From: an uncultured Chitinophagaceae bacterium
Lineage (GTDB): Bacteria; Bacteroidota; Ignavibacteria; UBA10030; UBA8401
Assembly: GCA_964355925.1 (NCBI GenBank)
Contig: CAYHFN010000005.1
Location: forward strand, 50,706-114,705
Direction of reading: 5' to 3'
DNA: 64,000 nucleotides
Shown here: piece after piece, positions 38,521-51,295 of the stretch
Numbering within the stretch: the first letter of the stretch is position 1
Layout: every line of letters starts with the position of its first letter
Made by a program: the position numbers and the translations under genes
The notes under the pieces: generated by a model
The model's input: only the letters and a program-made list of their open reading frames with translations
Databases searched by the model: none
What the model was told of the DNA's origin: nothing

Positions 38521-40809
38521 TTAAAATTCTGCACTTACTCCTATTGATGGCAATAATGCAATTCCTCCCGAAGGTTGTTTAACTACTTTTGTTCGTTCGT
38601 CAAATATAGGAATATCGATTGCCTTGCGGTTATAAATGTTTTGAATGTCAATATATGTGATCAAGTTCCATCGTTCAAAGTTCCAGCGGCGGTCAACACG
38701 AACATCTAAACTGTGATTGGCTCCAATGCGGGATGAGTTGTATGCGCTCACAATTTGTGTTCCATTGGCATTGTAAGGTGTGTACGGTCTGCCGGTTGCA
38801 AATCTAAATTTTCCGCTGAACTCCCACAATTCATTCAAAATATATCCACCGCCAAGATTAATGATCCATCGCTGATCATATGCACTTGCTCGTGAAATGC
38901 CATCTAATGCAGTGAATTTTGTTTCATTCCAACTAATGCTTACAAGACCATAACAAGGAACTTCCGATAATTTTTTTTGTAAGAATAGCTCAAGTCCTCG
39001 CGCATTACCATTTCCTTCGCTCACCAATGGATCAAGTCCAAATGATGCATAACCATCCTGCGAGCCGCCAAAACCGGCACCGGTATTTGCAAGAACAAGA
39101 TATGGACGTGTTACGCTTGCAGGATAATCAGAATAGTTTTTGATGTAACCTTCAAGACTAACTTTCACGTCAGAACGCAGAAGGTATTCTATTCCTGCAA
39201 CATACTGATCTACCGTAACATAATTAAGATTTCTATTGGCTGGATTTGCTACCAGCCAAATATATGAAGGTGCCTGATGATACTTACCGATGCTTGTTGT
39301 TAAGGTTAACACTGATGACGCAGCATACGAAAGAGAGAATCGCGGAGAAAATGAAATTGGATTTTTGATCAAATTGAAATAATCTAATCGTCCACCGATC
39401 GTTAAACGGATGTTATTAGAAATGGTTTGTGAAAGTTGAGCATACCCAGCTGATTTTATTGCAGTGGTATCGAGTGTTGCATTTACGGTAAGTTGTTGTC
39501 CAAAATTCGTCCAAAATGGTGTAGGTAAAATAATATTCGACCTGAAATCAATAAATTTTGCAAGTCCACCAAATGAAAATTCCGATTCTTTACTAAATTG
39601 AACAACAACGTCCGTTCGAAGCGATGTTTCATATTCGTCTGAAGAACTTTTAAAGATTGGATTAAGCAGACTATCATTCTGGATAAAACTATATCCATTA
39701 TAGGTTTGACTGAATGTCACGTTTGAAAAACCATGATCGAGCAAATGCCTCCAAGAGACGCCGCCAAGAAATTGTATTTGGTCACTAGCAAGGATCCGGG
39801 AGTTCGAAAATTTTTTGTCGTCTGTATCATTAAACAGTTTAACATTATCAAGTGCAACAACTCCCAGAACATTCAACTGATCTTTTGGTGAAAGTTTGTA
39901 ATTCACTTTTCCCAAGAAATCCCAATACTCCGGAACGAATCCGAATCCGGCAGCTTTAAAAATAAAATCAAGATAACTGCGTCGAGCTGAGAAAAGAAAT
40001 GAACCATTCTCATTTGTTGGTCCTTCAAGATTTAAACCGAATTGAGAAGCAGAAATTGTCGCTTTCCCGCCGAGCCGATCTGTTCTTCCATCCTTCAATT
40101 CGATTGTTAGAACTGAAGAAAGCTTATCACCGTATTTTGCACCGAATCCACCGGTTTTAAATGTCGTTTCATTCACAAAATCTAGATTGACGTAACTCAG
40201 AGGTCCGCCGCTTGCACCTTGTGTTCCAAAATGATTGATATTGGAAACTTCAATGTTATCAATAACAAAGAGATTTTCCGATGGAGCGCCGCCGCGAACA
40301 ATAAGATCATTCCTGCCGTTTTGCACCTGTGCGACTCCTGGAAGAATTGAAATAGCACGGACAACATCTTCCAATCCGCCGGGCAGGCGCCGTATTTCTT
40401 CTGCGCCGAGTGTCTGAGCACTAATCGGAGCATCCGGAGATCTTTGAAAATATTCTGTTGTTATTGTAATACCTTCAAGTTCTACCGACGACTCCATCAT
40501 TTCAAAATGAACATGGGCAGGTTTTCCAACAGAAACAACAATGTCGGTCTTGACCATTGGTAGAAATCCAAGAGCACTTGCACGTACATTGTAGGTTCCG
40601 ACTGGAACATTTTTTATAACAAAATTACCTTCAATATCTGTTACCGCGCCTGTTTTTGTTCCTTGAATCACAATTGTTACACTAACAATTGGTTCCTTCG
40701 TAGAAGAGTTCACCACTGTCCCATTTAAAAAACCGGTCTGTTTTTGCTCTACTTCTTGAGCAACCACAGTTAATGTTAATAGAGCGAATACACTTAAAAA
40801 TAGTTTCAT
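38521..40809 (-). CDS. TonB-dependent receptor with an N-terminal carboxypeptidase-regulatory-like domain
   Basis: GAVTDIEGNF, VRGGAPSEN, GGFGAKYGD plug motifs; C-terminal F. Confidence 0.88.
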   Translation of the reverse strand: MKLFLSVFALLTLTVVAQEVEQKQTGFLNGTVVNSSTKEPIVSVTIVIQGTKTGAVTDIEGNFVIKNVPVGTYNVRASALGFLPMVKTDIVVSVGKPAHVHFEMMESSVELEGITITTEYFQRSPDAPISAQTLGAEEIRRLPGGLEDVVRAISILPGVAQVQNGRNDLIVRGGAPSENLFVIDNIEVSNINHFGTQGASGGPLSYVNLDFVNETTFKTGGFGAKYGDKLSSVLTIELKDGRTDRLGGKATISASQFGLNLEGPTNENGSFLFSARRSYLDFIFKAAGFGFVPEYWDFLGKVNYKLSPKDQLNVLGVVALDNVKLFNDTDDKKFSNSRILASDQIQFLGGVSWRHLLDHGFSNVTFSQTYNGYSFIQNDSLLNPIFKSSSDEYETSLRTDVVVQFSKESEFSFGGLAKFIDFRSNIILPTPFWTNFGQQLTVNATLDTTAIKSAGYAQLSQTISNNIRLTIGGRLDYFNLIKNPISFSPRFSLSYAASSVLTLTTSIGKYHQAPSYIWLVANPANRNLNYVTVDQYVAGIEYLLRSDVKVSLEGYIKNYSDYPASVTRPYLVLANTGAGFGGSQDGYASFGLDPLVSEGNGNARGLELFLQKKLSEVPCYGLVSISWNETKFTALDGISRASAYDQRWIINLGGGYILNELWEFSGKFRFATGRPYTPYNANGTQIVSAYNSSRIGANHSLDVRVDRRWNFERWNLITYIDIQNIYNRKAIDIPIFDERTKVVKQPSGGIALLPSIGVSAEF

Positions 40810-40872
40810 AAACCTTTCAATGATTATTCAGTTCTGAATTGGTAACGCCGAGATTCTGAAAAATGTTCCACA

Positions 40873-42237
40873 TTAGATCAATGATTCTGCAATTGTAGAA
40901 ATATTGTTGAATAACTCAGGAACAAATAGTTCATGTTCCGGTTTCATTAATACACTGCGTAACACTTTGGTGACGGGGGAATCCGGAATGAATGTTGGAT
41001 GCCGTTTTTTTATTATGGAGGAATTTACGGCCAATGTTGCGAGATAAAATGGTGAATTGGGATGATTCATACCAGTGGAAAATATTTTTTCGGTTATCAG
41101 AGAAACATTTGAAGCAGAGAATGGGTTTGTTCTAGGTAAAAAAATTACGATGTCAAGATCAGGTTCGGCGAATTTGATAAGTGATGAATTGGAAGAAATC
41201 AATTCACTCCATTTTAATGCTGCTCGTCGTGTTTTCTTTAAGATAGTTCCGAAACCATTGTTTGATTGCAAAGGAAAAGCTTGTAGAGTTGCCCAGAGTG
41301 CTGCTGCTGATGCGCCAGCACGGGAACACTCTAAAGAAATTTCACCTAAATGCAAATCTTTGGAAGTAAAATAGGTGTAAGGAGAATCGTGTTTATAGAA
41401 TTTACCAACATTGATGTCATTGAAGAGAACACAACCGCAACCGTATGGTTGTAATCCGTGCTTGTGTGGATCGATGACGATGCTGTCACAATCTTTTATT
41501 GAAAGGAACGGTTCGGGTGAAACAATAGGGTCTTCATCCTTTGCAAGCAGAGTAAAGAAACCGCCGTAGGCACAGTCTGCATGAACTCTCACACCATATT
41601 TTTTTGATAGTGGAAGGATCATATGCAATGGTTCAACTGCACCAATTCCTGTTGTCCCAATTGTTACAACAAGAGTTCCGATTGTTCCTTTTTTTAATTC
41701 AGTTTCTAGCAATTCAAGATTACCATAGTCTATTTCTTGCGAATCTGTTTGAATGACCTCACACATTCTTTTGTGTGTGTAATGCGCATGTGCAGAAAAT
41801 GCAATCGATTTTGAAGGATGAATTGAACGGGCAACCCACAGTGCTTCAAGATTTGCAATTGTACCGCTGGAAGTAAGATGGCCGAGATGATTAGTATAGC
41901 CAAACATCTCTGCAATCTGTTTCACTGCTTCTATTTCCATCTTTGCAGTCGCCGGGCCTCCATCCAATGCATGGTTATTTGGATTGATCTGCAAAGCCAT
42001 CAAATATGCTGCAATAGCAATTGGATGCGGCGGTTTGATCATTTGTCCGGCATATGAAGGATGAAAGAATGGATAATTATTTTGGAGACGTTCCACTAAT
42101 GTTCCGAGGATCGATTCGACCTTCGATTGTTCGATAAAAAGAGATGAATCGGGTGCAAATTGACCCCACTGATTCCGGAAGTTCAGTTGAGAATCTACGC
42201 TTCTGTTGATAAGTTCGCGATATTGTAATTCAGTCAT
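40873..42237 (-). CDS. Group II PLP-dependent decarboxylase
   Basis: TSSGTIAN, HADCAYGG, DPHKHG (PLP Lys), ECSRAG motifs. Confidence 0.82.
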   Translation of the reverse strand: MTELQYRELINRSVDSQLNFRNQWGQFAPDSSLFIEQSKVESILGTLVERLQNNYPFFHPSYAGQMIKPPHPIAIAAYLMALQINPNNHALDGGPATAKMEIEAVKQIAEMFGYTNHLGHLTSSGTIANLEALWVARSIHPSKSIAFSAHAHYTHKRMCEVIQTDSQEIDYGNLELLETELKKGTIGTLVVTIGTTGIGAVEPLHMILPLSKKYGVRVHADCAYGGFFTLLAKDEDPIVSPEPFLSIKDCDSIVIDPHKHGLQPYGCGCVLFNDINVGKFYKHDSPYTYFTSKDLHLGEISLECSRAGASAAALWATLQAFPLQSNNGFGTILKKTRRAALKWSELISSNSSLIKFAEPDLDIVIFLPRTNPFSASNVSLITEKIFSTGMNHPNSPFYLATLAVNSSIIKKRHPTFIPDSPVTKVLRSVLMKPEHELFVPELFNNISTIAESLI

Positions 42238-42405
42238 AAGGTATTGATAGCTTATGGAATACACAAATATAGAACGAACTGTCTTACTAATCAATATTAA
42301 TGCTATTAATAGATAGTAAATTAGATTGAACAGCCGGGAATATTTCTTTATTTTGAATCAAAATAATATCCATTTTTCAAATTTATTTTTATTACTATTA
42401 GCAGT

Positions 42406-43191
42406 ATGATAAACATAGCAATTGAAGCAGCACTTGAATCCGGGAAATTTCTTCTTGAAAATGTTGGTAACATTAAAAATATTGAACGGAAGATCGGTCA
42501 AGAAACAAATCTTGTAACAGAAATTGATAAGCAATCTGAAAAACTCATTATTAAAAAAATTCTGCAGCATTATCCCGACCATGCAATTTTAGGAGAAGAA
42601 GGGGGAGCTCAGGATCAGAAGTCAGAATATCGATGGATTATTGATCCGCTTGATGGAACGACTAATTATACTCACGGTCTGCCGATCTTTTGCGTAACCA
42701 TAGGAATTGAACATAAAAATGAAATTGTTGCCGGTGTAATTTACGATCCGAATCGAGACGAATTATTCACTGCCGAAAAAGGGAAGGGAGCATTTTTGAA
42801 TGGTAAAAAAATCTCTGTCACTAAGACAGATTCACTTATCAATTCTCTGCTCGTCACTGGTTTCCCTTACAACGTAAATGAAAATCCACAAAGTGTAATT
42901 GAACATTTCAATAATTTTCTCCCAAAGGCGCAGGGAGTTCGCCGTTTGGGATCCGCAGCAATAGACCTTGCTTATGTTGCGTGCGGTCGATTCGATGGAT
43001 ATTGGGAAGTTTATTTACATCCATGGGATAAAGCAGCTGGAGTTCTTCTTGTTAAAGAAGCAGGCGGTATTGTTACAAATTTTGTAAACGATGCTAACGA
43101 TATTATTTACAATCCCAATACTCTTGCATCAAACGGCTTGATCCACACAAAGATGTTGGATGTGATACACACCATTACGGAAAAATCATGA
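42406..43191 (+). CDS. suhB: Inositol monophosphatase family protein
   Basis: IIDPLDGTTNY, RRLGSAAIDL, WDKAAG motifs. Confidence 0.92.
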   Translation: MINIAIEAALESGKFLLENVGNIKNIERKIGQETNLVTEIDKQSEKLIIKKILQHYPDHAILGEEGGAQDQKSEYRWIIDPLDGTTNYTHGLPIFCVTIGIEHKNEIVAGVIYDPNRDELFTAEKGKGAFLNGKKISVTKTDSLINSLLVTGFPYNVNENPQSVIEHFNNFLPKAQGVRRLGSAAIDLAYVACGRFDGYWEVYLHPWDKAAGVLLVKEAGGIVTNFVNDANDIIYNPNTLASNGLIHTKMLDVIHTITEKS

Positions 43192-44294
43192 GTGAAGTAA
43201 AACAGATCATTTTAATGGTTGATGATGAAGAGAGTTTAATCGATATCGTCGGCTCTGTTCTTGAAGCGGAAGGATTTACAGTATTGACTGCAAAGAACGT
43301 AGACAAGGGAATTGAACATCTTACTACGATCACTCCGGATCTGATCATTTCGGATATTACGATGCCGGGGAAAAATGGATTTGATTTTTTTGCTCACGTG
43401 CGTTCGTTACCGCATCTTCAACAAGTTCCTTTTTTATTTTTAACTGCTCATAGCGATCCTGAAAGTATCTTGGTCGGTAAAGAAATTGGAAGCGATGATT
43501 ATCTTACCAAACCGGTGGACTTTCATCTGTTACTTTCATCGATACGCGGGAAATTGAAACGAAAAGATCAGTTGAATAAGGCAGTGAATTTTCAAACTGA
43601 AAAGATGAAAAATGAGATCTTCCGATTGATTACTCATGAAATGCGAACGCCATTGACCTCCATTCTTGGTGCAACGGAGATGCTGGCCGATACTCAAAAT
43701 GAATTTTCACCGAAAGAGTTGACCGATTTTTTGCAGATGCTTCAAAACAGCAGTAAACGATTGAATATAATGGTCGATGATTTTTTAACGGTAACAAAAA
43801 TTGAATCGGGTGAGATTACCAGAGAAATGGAAGTCCTTAATTCTCGGATCAATCCTCATCAAATCGTTAATCGAGTAATAGGAGATTTAGAATATAATTG
43901 TTCCCATCAGGCTATTACCATCAAGAATACCATTCCCGATGCAACCATTTCAGTATTTATGTTTGCGGCGCATGTTGAGAACATTCTCCGGCGCCTGATC
44001 GATAACGCTGTCAAATTCTCACATCCTTGTGGTGTTGTAACTGTGGGTCTAAATGAAAACGATTCATTCAAGTTTTCTGTAAGTGATAATGGTACCGGTA
44101 TTGCGGAAGATAAGAAATCGGTTGTATTTCAAAAGTTCGGACAGATCGATCGAGAAAAACATGAACAACAAGGGTCCGGTCTTGGATTGTTCATAGCATT
44201 TCACCTTGCAAAACTTAATGGCGGAGAATTGTCGTTTGAAAGTATTGAAGGAAAAGGCTCAACATTTTACCTGAAAGTTCCAAAACCGAGATAG
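43188..44294 (+). CDS. Receiver-HisKA-HATPase hybrid sensor kinase
   Basis: N-terminal REC (IISDITMP...YLTKP), HEMRTPL H-box, GSGLGL. Confidence 0.9.
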   Translation: MSEVKQIILMVDDEESLIDIVGSVLEAEGFTVLTAKNVDKGIEHLTTITPDLIISDITMPGKNGFDFFAHVRSLPHLQQVPFLFLTAHSDPESILVGKEIGSDDYLTKPVDFHLLLSSIRGKLKRKDQLNKAVNFQTEKMKNEIFRLITHEMRTPLTSILGATEMLADTQNEFSPKELTDFLQMLQNSSKRLNIMVDDFLTVTKIESGEITREMEVLNSRINPHQIVNRVIGDLEYNCSHQAITIKNTIPDATISVFMFAAHVENILRRLIDNAVKFSHPCGVVTVGLNENDSFKFSVSDNGTGIAEDKKSVVFQKFGQIDREKHEQQGSGLGLFIAFHLAKLNGGELSFESIEGKGSTFYLKVPKPR

Positions 44295-44312
44295 CGGTTG
44301 CCTTGTAAATAT

Positions 44313-44350
44313 AAAAAAAAGGGAGATGAAGTAATTCACCTCCCTTTTTT
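44313..44350. terminator. Bidirectional terminator
   Basis: AAAAAAGGGAGATGAA-gtaa-TTCACCTCCCTTTTTT. Confidence 0.85.
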
Positions 44351-44383
44351 GTTAAACAATATTTCACTATTCATAAAAAATAT

Positions 44384-45646
44384 TTAGAACTCTTCACTGG
44401 CTACACGAATGATTGAAGCACCAAGTGAAGAGAGTTTCTTTTCGATTGTTTCATAACCGCGGTCTAGATGATAAACACGCAACACCTCGGTCTCTCCTTC
44501 GGCTTTTAAAGCCGCAAGTATCAGTGCTGCAGAAGCACGAAGATCAGTTGACATTACTTTAGTACCGTAAAGTTTCTTAACACCGCGGATAATTGCAGCA
44601 TTGTCCTTCATTTCAATGTTTGCACCAAGTCGGGCAATTTCAGGGACGTGTGCAAATCGATCATGATAAATCGTATCGGTAACAGTGGAAGTTCCTTTTG
44701 CAATTGTCATTAACGAGATCCACTGTGCCTGCATATCTGTTGGGAATCCAGGATAAACACCAGTTGTTATATCAACAGGCTTAATTGATTTTGGTGCTGT
44801 TACTTCAATTGAAGATTTTCCGATCGATAATTTTACACCTGCATCTTCAAGCCGAGCAGTAACGGCTGAAAAATGTTCCGGTATGACATTTTCAATTGTA
44901 ATTTTACCGCCGCACATTGCGCCGGCTATCAACATCGTTCCTGCTTCGATCCTGTCCGGAATCGTTTCAACATTTGCAGGATGAAGTTCTTCAACCCCTT
45001 CTATCTCTAATGTTGTTGTACCTATTCCATTAATCTTTGCTCCCATCGCAATCAACATTTCAACAAGATTTGTTATCTCGGGTTCCATTGCTGCATTTTC
45101 AAGACGAGTAGTTCCTTTTGCCAGTACTGCTGCCATTAATATATTGCCAGTGGCACCAACACTTGAGATGTTGAAAGAAATACGTGCTCCTTTTAGTCGT
45201 TTTGCTTTTGCGTGAATATAACCTCGCACGAGTTCTATTTTTGCTCCTAATTTTTTCATTCCTTCAATATGAAGATCGACAGGGCGCGGACCCCAGGCAC
45301 ATCCGCCGGGAAGAGAGACTTTTGCTTGTCCATATCGTGCGAGCAATGGACCAAGAACATAAATTGATGCACGCATTTTTTTAACATGCTCATACGGTGC
45401 TTCAAATTTATTCACTCGAAATGTATTCACTTCAAGAGTTTTTTCATTTCGTTCGAATGTTACTCCCATTGTCTGAAGCAATTTAGACATCGTAACAACA
45501 TCACGCAGATTTGGGGTGTTGTGAAGCTGATATTTCCCGCTGGCGAGCAATGTAGCCGGCATTAATGCAAGTGTTGCATTCTTCGCTCCGCTAATGGAGA
45601 TTGTTCCATTTAATTTCTTTCCGCCTTTAACAACAAACTTATCCAT
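44384..45646 (-). CDS. murA: UDP-N-acetylglucosamine 1-carboxyvinyltransferase
   Basis: GAKNA, LPGGCAWGPRPVDLH (active-site Cys), TDLRASA, HLDRGY motifs. Confidence 0.97.
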   Translation of the reverse strand: MDKFVVKGGKKLNGTISISGAKNATLALMPATLLASGKYQLHNTPNLRDVVTMSKLLQTMGVTFERNEKTLEVNTFRVNKFEAPYEHVKKMRASIYVLGPLLARYGQAKVSLPGGCAWGPRPVDLHIEGMKKLGAKIELVRGYIHAKAKRLKGARISFNISSVGATGNILMAAVLAKGTTRLENAAMEPEITNLVEMLIAMGAKINGIGTTTLEIEGVEELHPANVETIPDRIEAGTMLIAGAMCGGKITIENVIPEHFSAVTARLEDAGVKLSIGKSSIEVTAPKSIKPVDITTGVYPGFPTDMQAQWISLMTIAKGTSTVTDTIYHDRFAHVPEIARLGANIEMKDNAAIIRGVKKLYGTKVMSTDLRASAALILAALKAEGETEVLRVYHLDRGYETIEKKLSSLGASIIRVASEEF

Positions 45647-45695
45647 AAACCTAGATCCTTATGTTGAATTTCAAATTGGATTAATTCCCCGCATC

Positions 45696-45825
45696 TTGCC
45701 GCATTATTCCTGAATGTTTTTTATCGGGAATCTATTCTAAATGGATGCACGTTCAACGAATCTTCGACCTATACCATGGTACGAATGAATTTCTTGAGAC
45801 GGTCACCAAGAATACATCAGCACTT
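45696..45825 (-). ncRNA. ssrS: Putative 6S RNA (short form)
   Basis: Rod fold by eye: closing stem UGCUGAUGUAUUCUUG / CAGGAAUAAUGCGGCA, about 12x12-nt central bubble, inner stem containing UUGAAC. Confidence 0.55.
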
Positions 45826-47313
45826 TTAAGTATTGATTTTTTGTTGGTTGTAAAATTTCCTAACATAACTAGACAAATTTCCAACCGCGATTGTAGCGCC
45901 ACAACCTATTAATGTATGCCAGGTGAAATCGATCTTTGTAATTGAGAGAACAATGATCATAGAAATAATGCCTGCAATAAAACCGCAATATGCATCAAAT
46001 TGATTTGTTCGTTTGAATAACAATCCGAGAAAGAATGTTCCAAGTAATCCACCATACGTGAATGATGCAATTTTCAATCCGATCTCCACTACAGGGTTTT
46101 TCGTGTCAGTAAAAAGCATTGCACCGCCGATAAGAATAAATCCCCAAAGCAACGTGAATCGTTTTGACCATTTCACTTCGCTTTTCTCATCGAGGTTCTT
46201 TCCTCGCGCTGTGAATTTGAACAGATCCAAAAAGGTTGACGAAGCCAATGAACTTATTGAAGATGACAATGTTCCCATTGCTGAAGCAAGAACGCCCGCA
46301 ACAACAAGTCCTGCTAAACCGGTAGGGAGATTTTCAACAATGAATTTCGGAAATATTTCGTCTGATGACGATAACCCGAGTTGCTGCAGAGAAGCACCGT
46401 TATAAAAAGCAAATAGACACAATCCTAAAATAAGGAAGAATGCAAACTGTAGAACAATGATCGAAGCGTCGAGCATCAACGCTTTCTGACTGTCCCATTT
46501 TGTTTTGCATCCGAGCAATCGTTGAACAAGTAATTGATCAGTCCCATGCGATGCCATGGAAAGGAATGTTCCTCCAATTATCCCACCGAATATTGTGTAT
46601 GGTGACGAGAGAAAATCACTGATGGAATTTCCATTTCCAAAATTAATGATCGAGAATTTATTTGTGCCGTCCATCGATGCAACGGAAACGACATCACTCC
46701 ATCCATTGGGCAAATGATTTAGGATCAGCATCATTGCAGCAAATGCACCGACAAGGTAAATGAACATCTGTACAACATCCATGGCGACAACAGCTTTCAA
46801 CCCGCCTACGTAAGTATAGATCAATGTGAATATTCCAATGATAAAGATACTTGTACTATATTCATATCCGGTAATGAGGTGTACGGGAATCGCTGTGGCA
46901 AACAATCTTACTCCGGAAGCAAGAACCCTTGTAACAATGAATACCGAAGAAGTGAATTTCCGTAACGACATTCCAAATCGTTTGCCAAGAAAATCATAAG
47001 CAGTTTCAAGATCACCGTTGTAATAAGCAGGAATAAAAATTATACTGACCAATAAACGTCCGATGAAATATCCCACAGCGAGTTGAAGGAAATGCATATC
47101 GCTTTTATACGCGAGTCCTGGAATGCTGATGAATGTAAGTGTGCTTGTTTCGCTTGCAACAATTGAAAAACCGACCGACCACCATGACATTTCCTTCCCA
47201 CCGAGAAAATAATCACGTGAAGTTTTTTGTTTCCTTCCGATGTAAGCACCAATTAGTGTGACGGCGGTGAGATATGTTACAACAATGATGTAGTCGAGTT
47301 GGGTGAATCCCAT
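45826..47313 (-). CDS. Sodium:solute symporter (SSS/SLC5)
   Basis: ASETSTLTFISIPG, GTDQLLVQR, ASAMGTLSSSI motifs. Confidence 0.9.
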   Translation of the reverse strand: MGFTQLDYIIVVTYLTAVTLIGAYIGRKQKTSRDYFLGGKEMSWWSVGFSIVASETSTLTFISIPGLAYKSDMHFLQLAVGYFIGRLLVSIIFIPAYYNGDLETAYDFLGKRFGMSLRKFTSSVFIVTRVLASGVRLFATAIPVHLITGYEYSTSIFIIGIFTLIYTYVGGLKAVVAMDVVQMFIYLVGAFAAMMLILNHLPNGWSDVVSVASMDGTNKFSIINFGNGNSISDFLSSPYTIFGGIIGGTFLSMASHGTDQLLVQRLLGCKTKWDSQKALMLDASIIVLQFAFFLILGLCLFAFYNGASLQQLGLSSSDEIFPKFIVENLPTGLAGLVVAGVLASAMGTLSSSISSLASSTFLDLFKFTARGKNLDEKSEVKWSKRFTLLWGFILIGGAMLFTDTKNPVVEIGLKIASFTYGGLLGTFFLGLLFKRTNQFDAYCGFIAGIISMIIVLSITKIDFTWHTLIGCGATIAVGNLSSYVRKFYNQQKINT

Positions 47314-47426
47314 AAGATATTTGTTATAATAAACCGAATGTTTTCTGTTCTAGCGATTAATAAATGCATTGAACAGTTTCGGATTGATTGGATAAAACCA
47401 AAGAAAATATTATCAGCAAAATTGCT

Positions 47427-47759
47427 TCAGTCTTTTTGTGCTTTTGCAATTGTATCGAATATTGGAAACACTTTATCCAATTGTGATATTTTGAGCAGAG
47501 AAAGAACTTTTTTATGTACACCCACAAGTTTTATAACACCTTTGTGTTCGCGCATTAGGCGGTCAGCAATAAGAAGTGCACTTAACCCGCTGCTATCACA
47601 GAATTCAACCGTTGAAAGGTCGAGGATAAGAGATTTTAATGTTGGCCTACAAAGAAGAATAAATTCACCTTTTAATTCAGGTGATACGGAAACATCCAAT
47701 TTTCGCTCTTTCAGAGTAAGTACTGCCGTACTGCCATTTTTTGTAACATCAAATTTCAT
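47427..47759 (-). CDS. STAS-domain anti-sigma factor antagonist
   Basis: LDLSTVEFCDSSGL phosphorylation loop. Confidence 0.88.
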   Translation of the reverse strand: MKFDVTKNGSTAVLTLKERKLDVSVSPELKGEFILLCRPTLKSLILDLSTVEFCDSSGLSALLIADRLMREHKGVIKLVGVHKKVLSLLKISQLDKVFPIFDTIAKAQKD

Positions 47760-47776
47760 AAATTCTCCTGTAATGA

Positions 47777-48316
47777 CTAAAACATGGATAGAGTCTTAAA
47801 TAATTGTTCGTATTTGGTCTTTGCATTACGGTTTGGTGCAGATTTGAATTGAAAATTATAATATGCGTCTGCATGGTCCTGTGAAAATCCAACTTTTAAT
47901 GGTGCTTTAATTTGTCTGCATAAATATGCCGCTGATGGAACAAGAGAAAAATTTAAATCGAGAATAATATCGAATTTCTGATTCAGAAGATAAGCCATTT
48001 CAGTTTTCTTTGGGAGAAAGAAAAAATTAAGATGCTCATTCTTTATTGTAGTTACATTGGATCGATTCAACGTTGTAGAAAAATTCCTATTCGCTTCATT
48101 CACTACAAAGGTCAGTTTATTTCCTTGAAATTTGTTTTGCAGTGAGATAATCATTTGAGAAACGACTGAACGCTGTTCGGAATTCTCAGGGATGATGACC
48201 AATGCTGTTTTTGCATTCGAAAATGAATTGGAGAATGACATTGGTTTCGCCTCTTTTGCCTGCGATATCAACCGGGTAAGAATAAGCCCGAATTTCCGAC
48301 GTTTTTCTTCAAACAT
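47777..48316 (-). CDS. Hypothetical protein (DUF6913 / GT9-N-terminal-like)
   Basis: FDIILDL...KAPLKVGF pattern. Confidence 0.5.
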   Translation of the reverse strand: MFEEKRRKFGLILTRLISQAKEAKPMSFSNSFSNAKTALVIIPENSEQRSVVSQMIISLQNKFQGNKLTFVVNEANRNFSTTLNRSNVTTIKNEHLNFFFLPKKTEMAYLLNQKFDIILDLNFSLVPSAAYLCRQIKAPLKVGFSQDHADAYYNFQFKSAPNRNAKTKYEQLFKTLSMF

Positions 48317-48407
48317 AATATGAACTCAATTAATACTGGTTGTAAGGTGCAAAAGGTTTTGATGAATTTCAAGAAAAGAAAAATCCACGTTTCAATTGGT
48401 TTTTGAA

Positions 48408-51208
<2,801 letters not shown>

Positions 51209-51295
51209 GTATTTTAAATTGTATAACTGTTGAGTTGTGTATATAAGGTAAAAAAAAAAGAAGTTGGCTACAAGAAACAATATTAAATAGTACCA

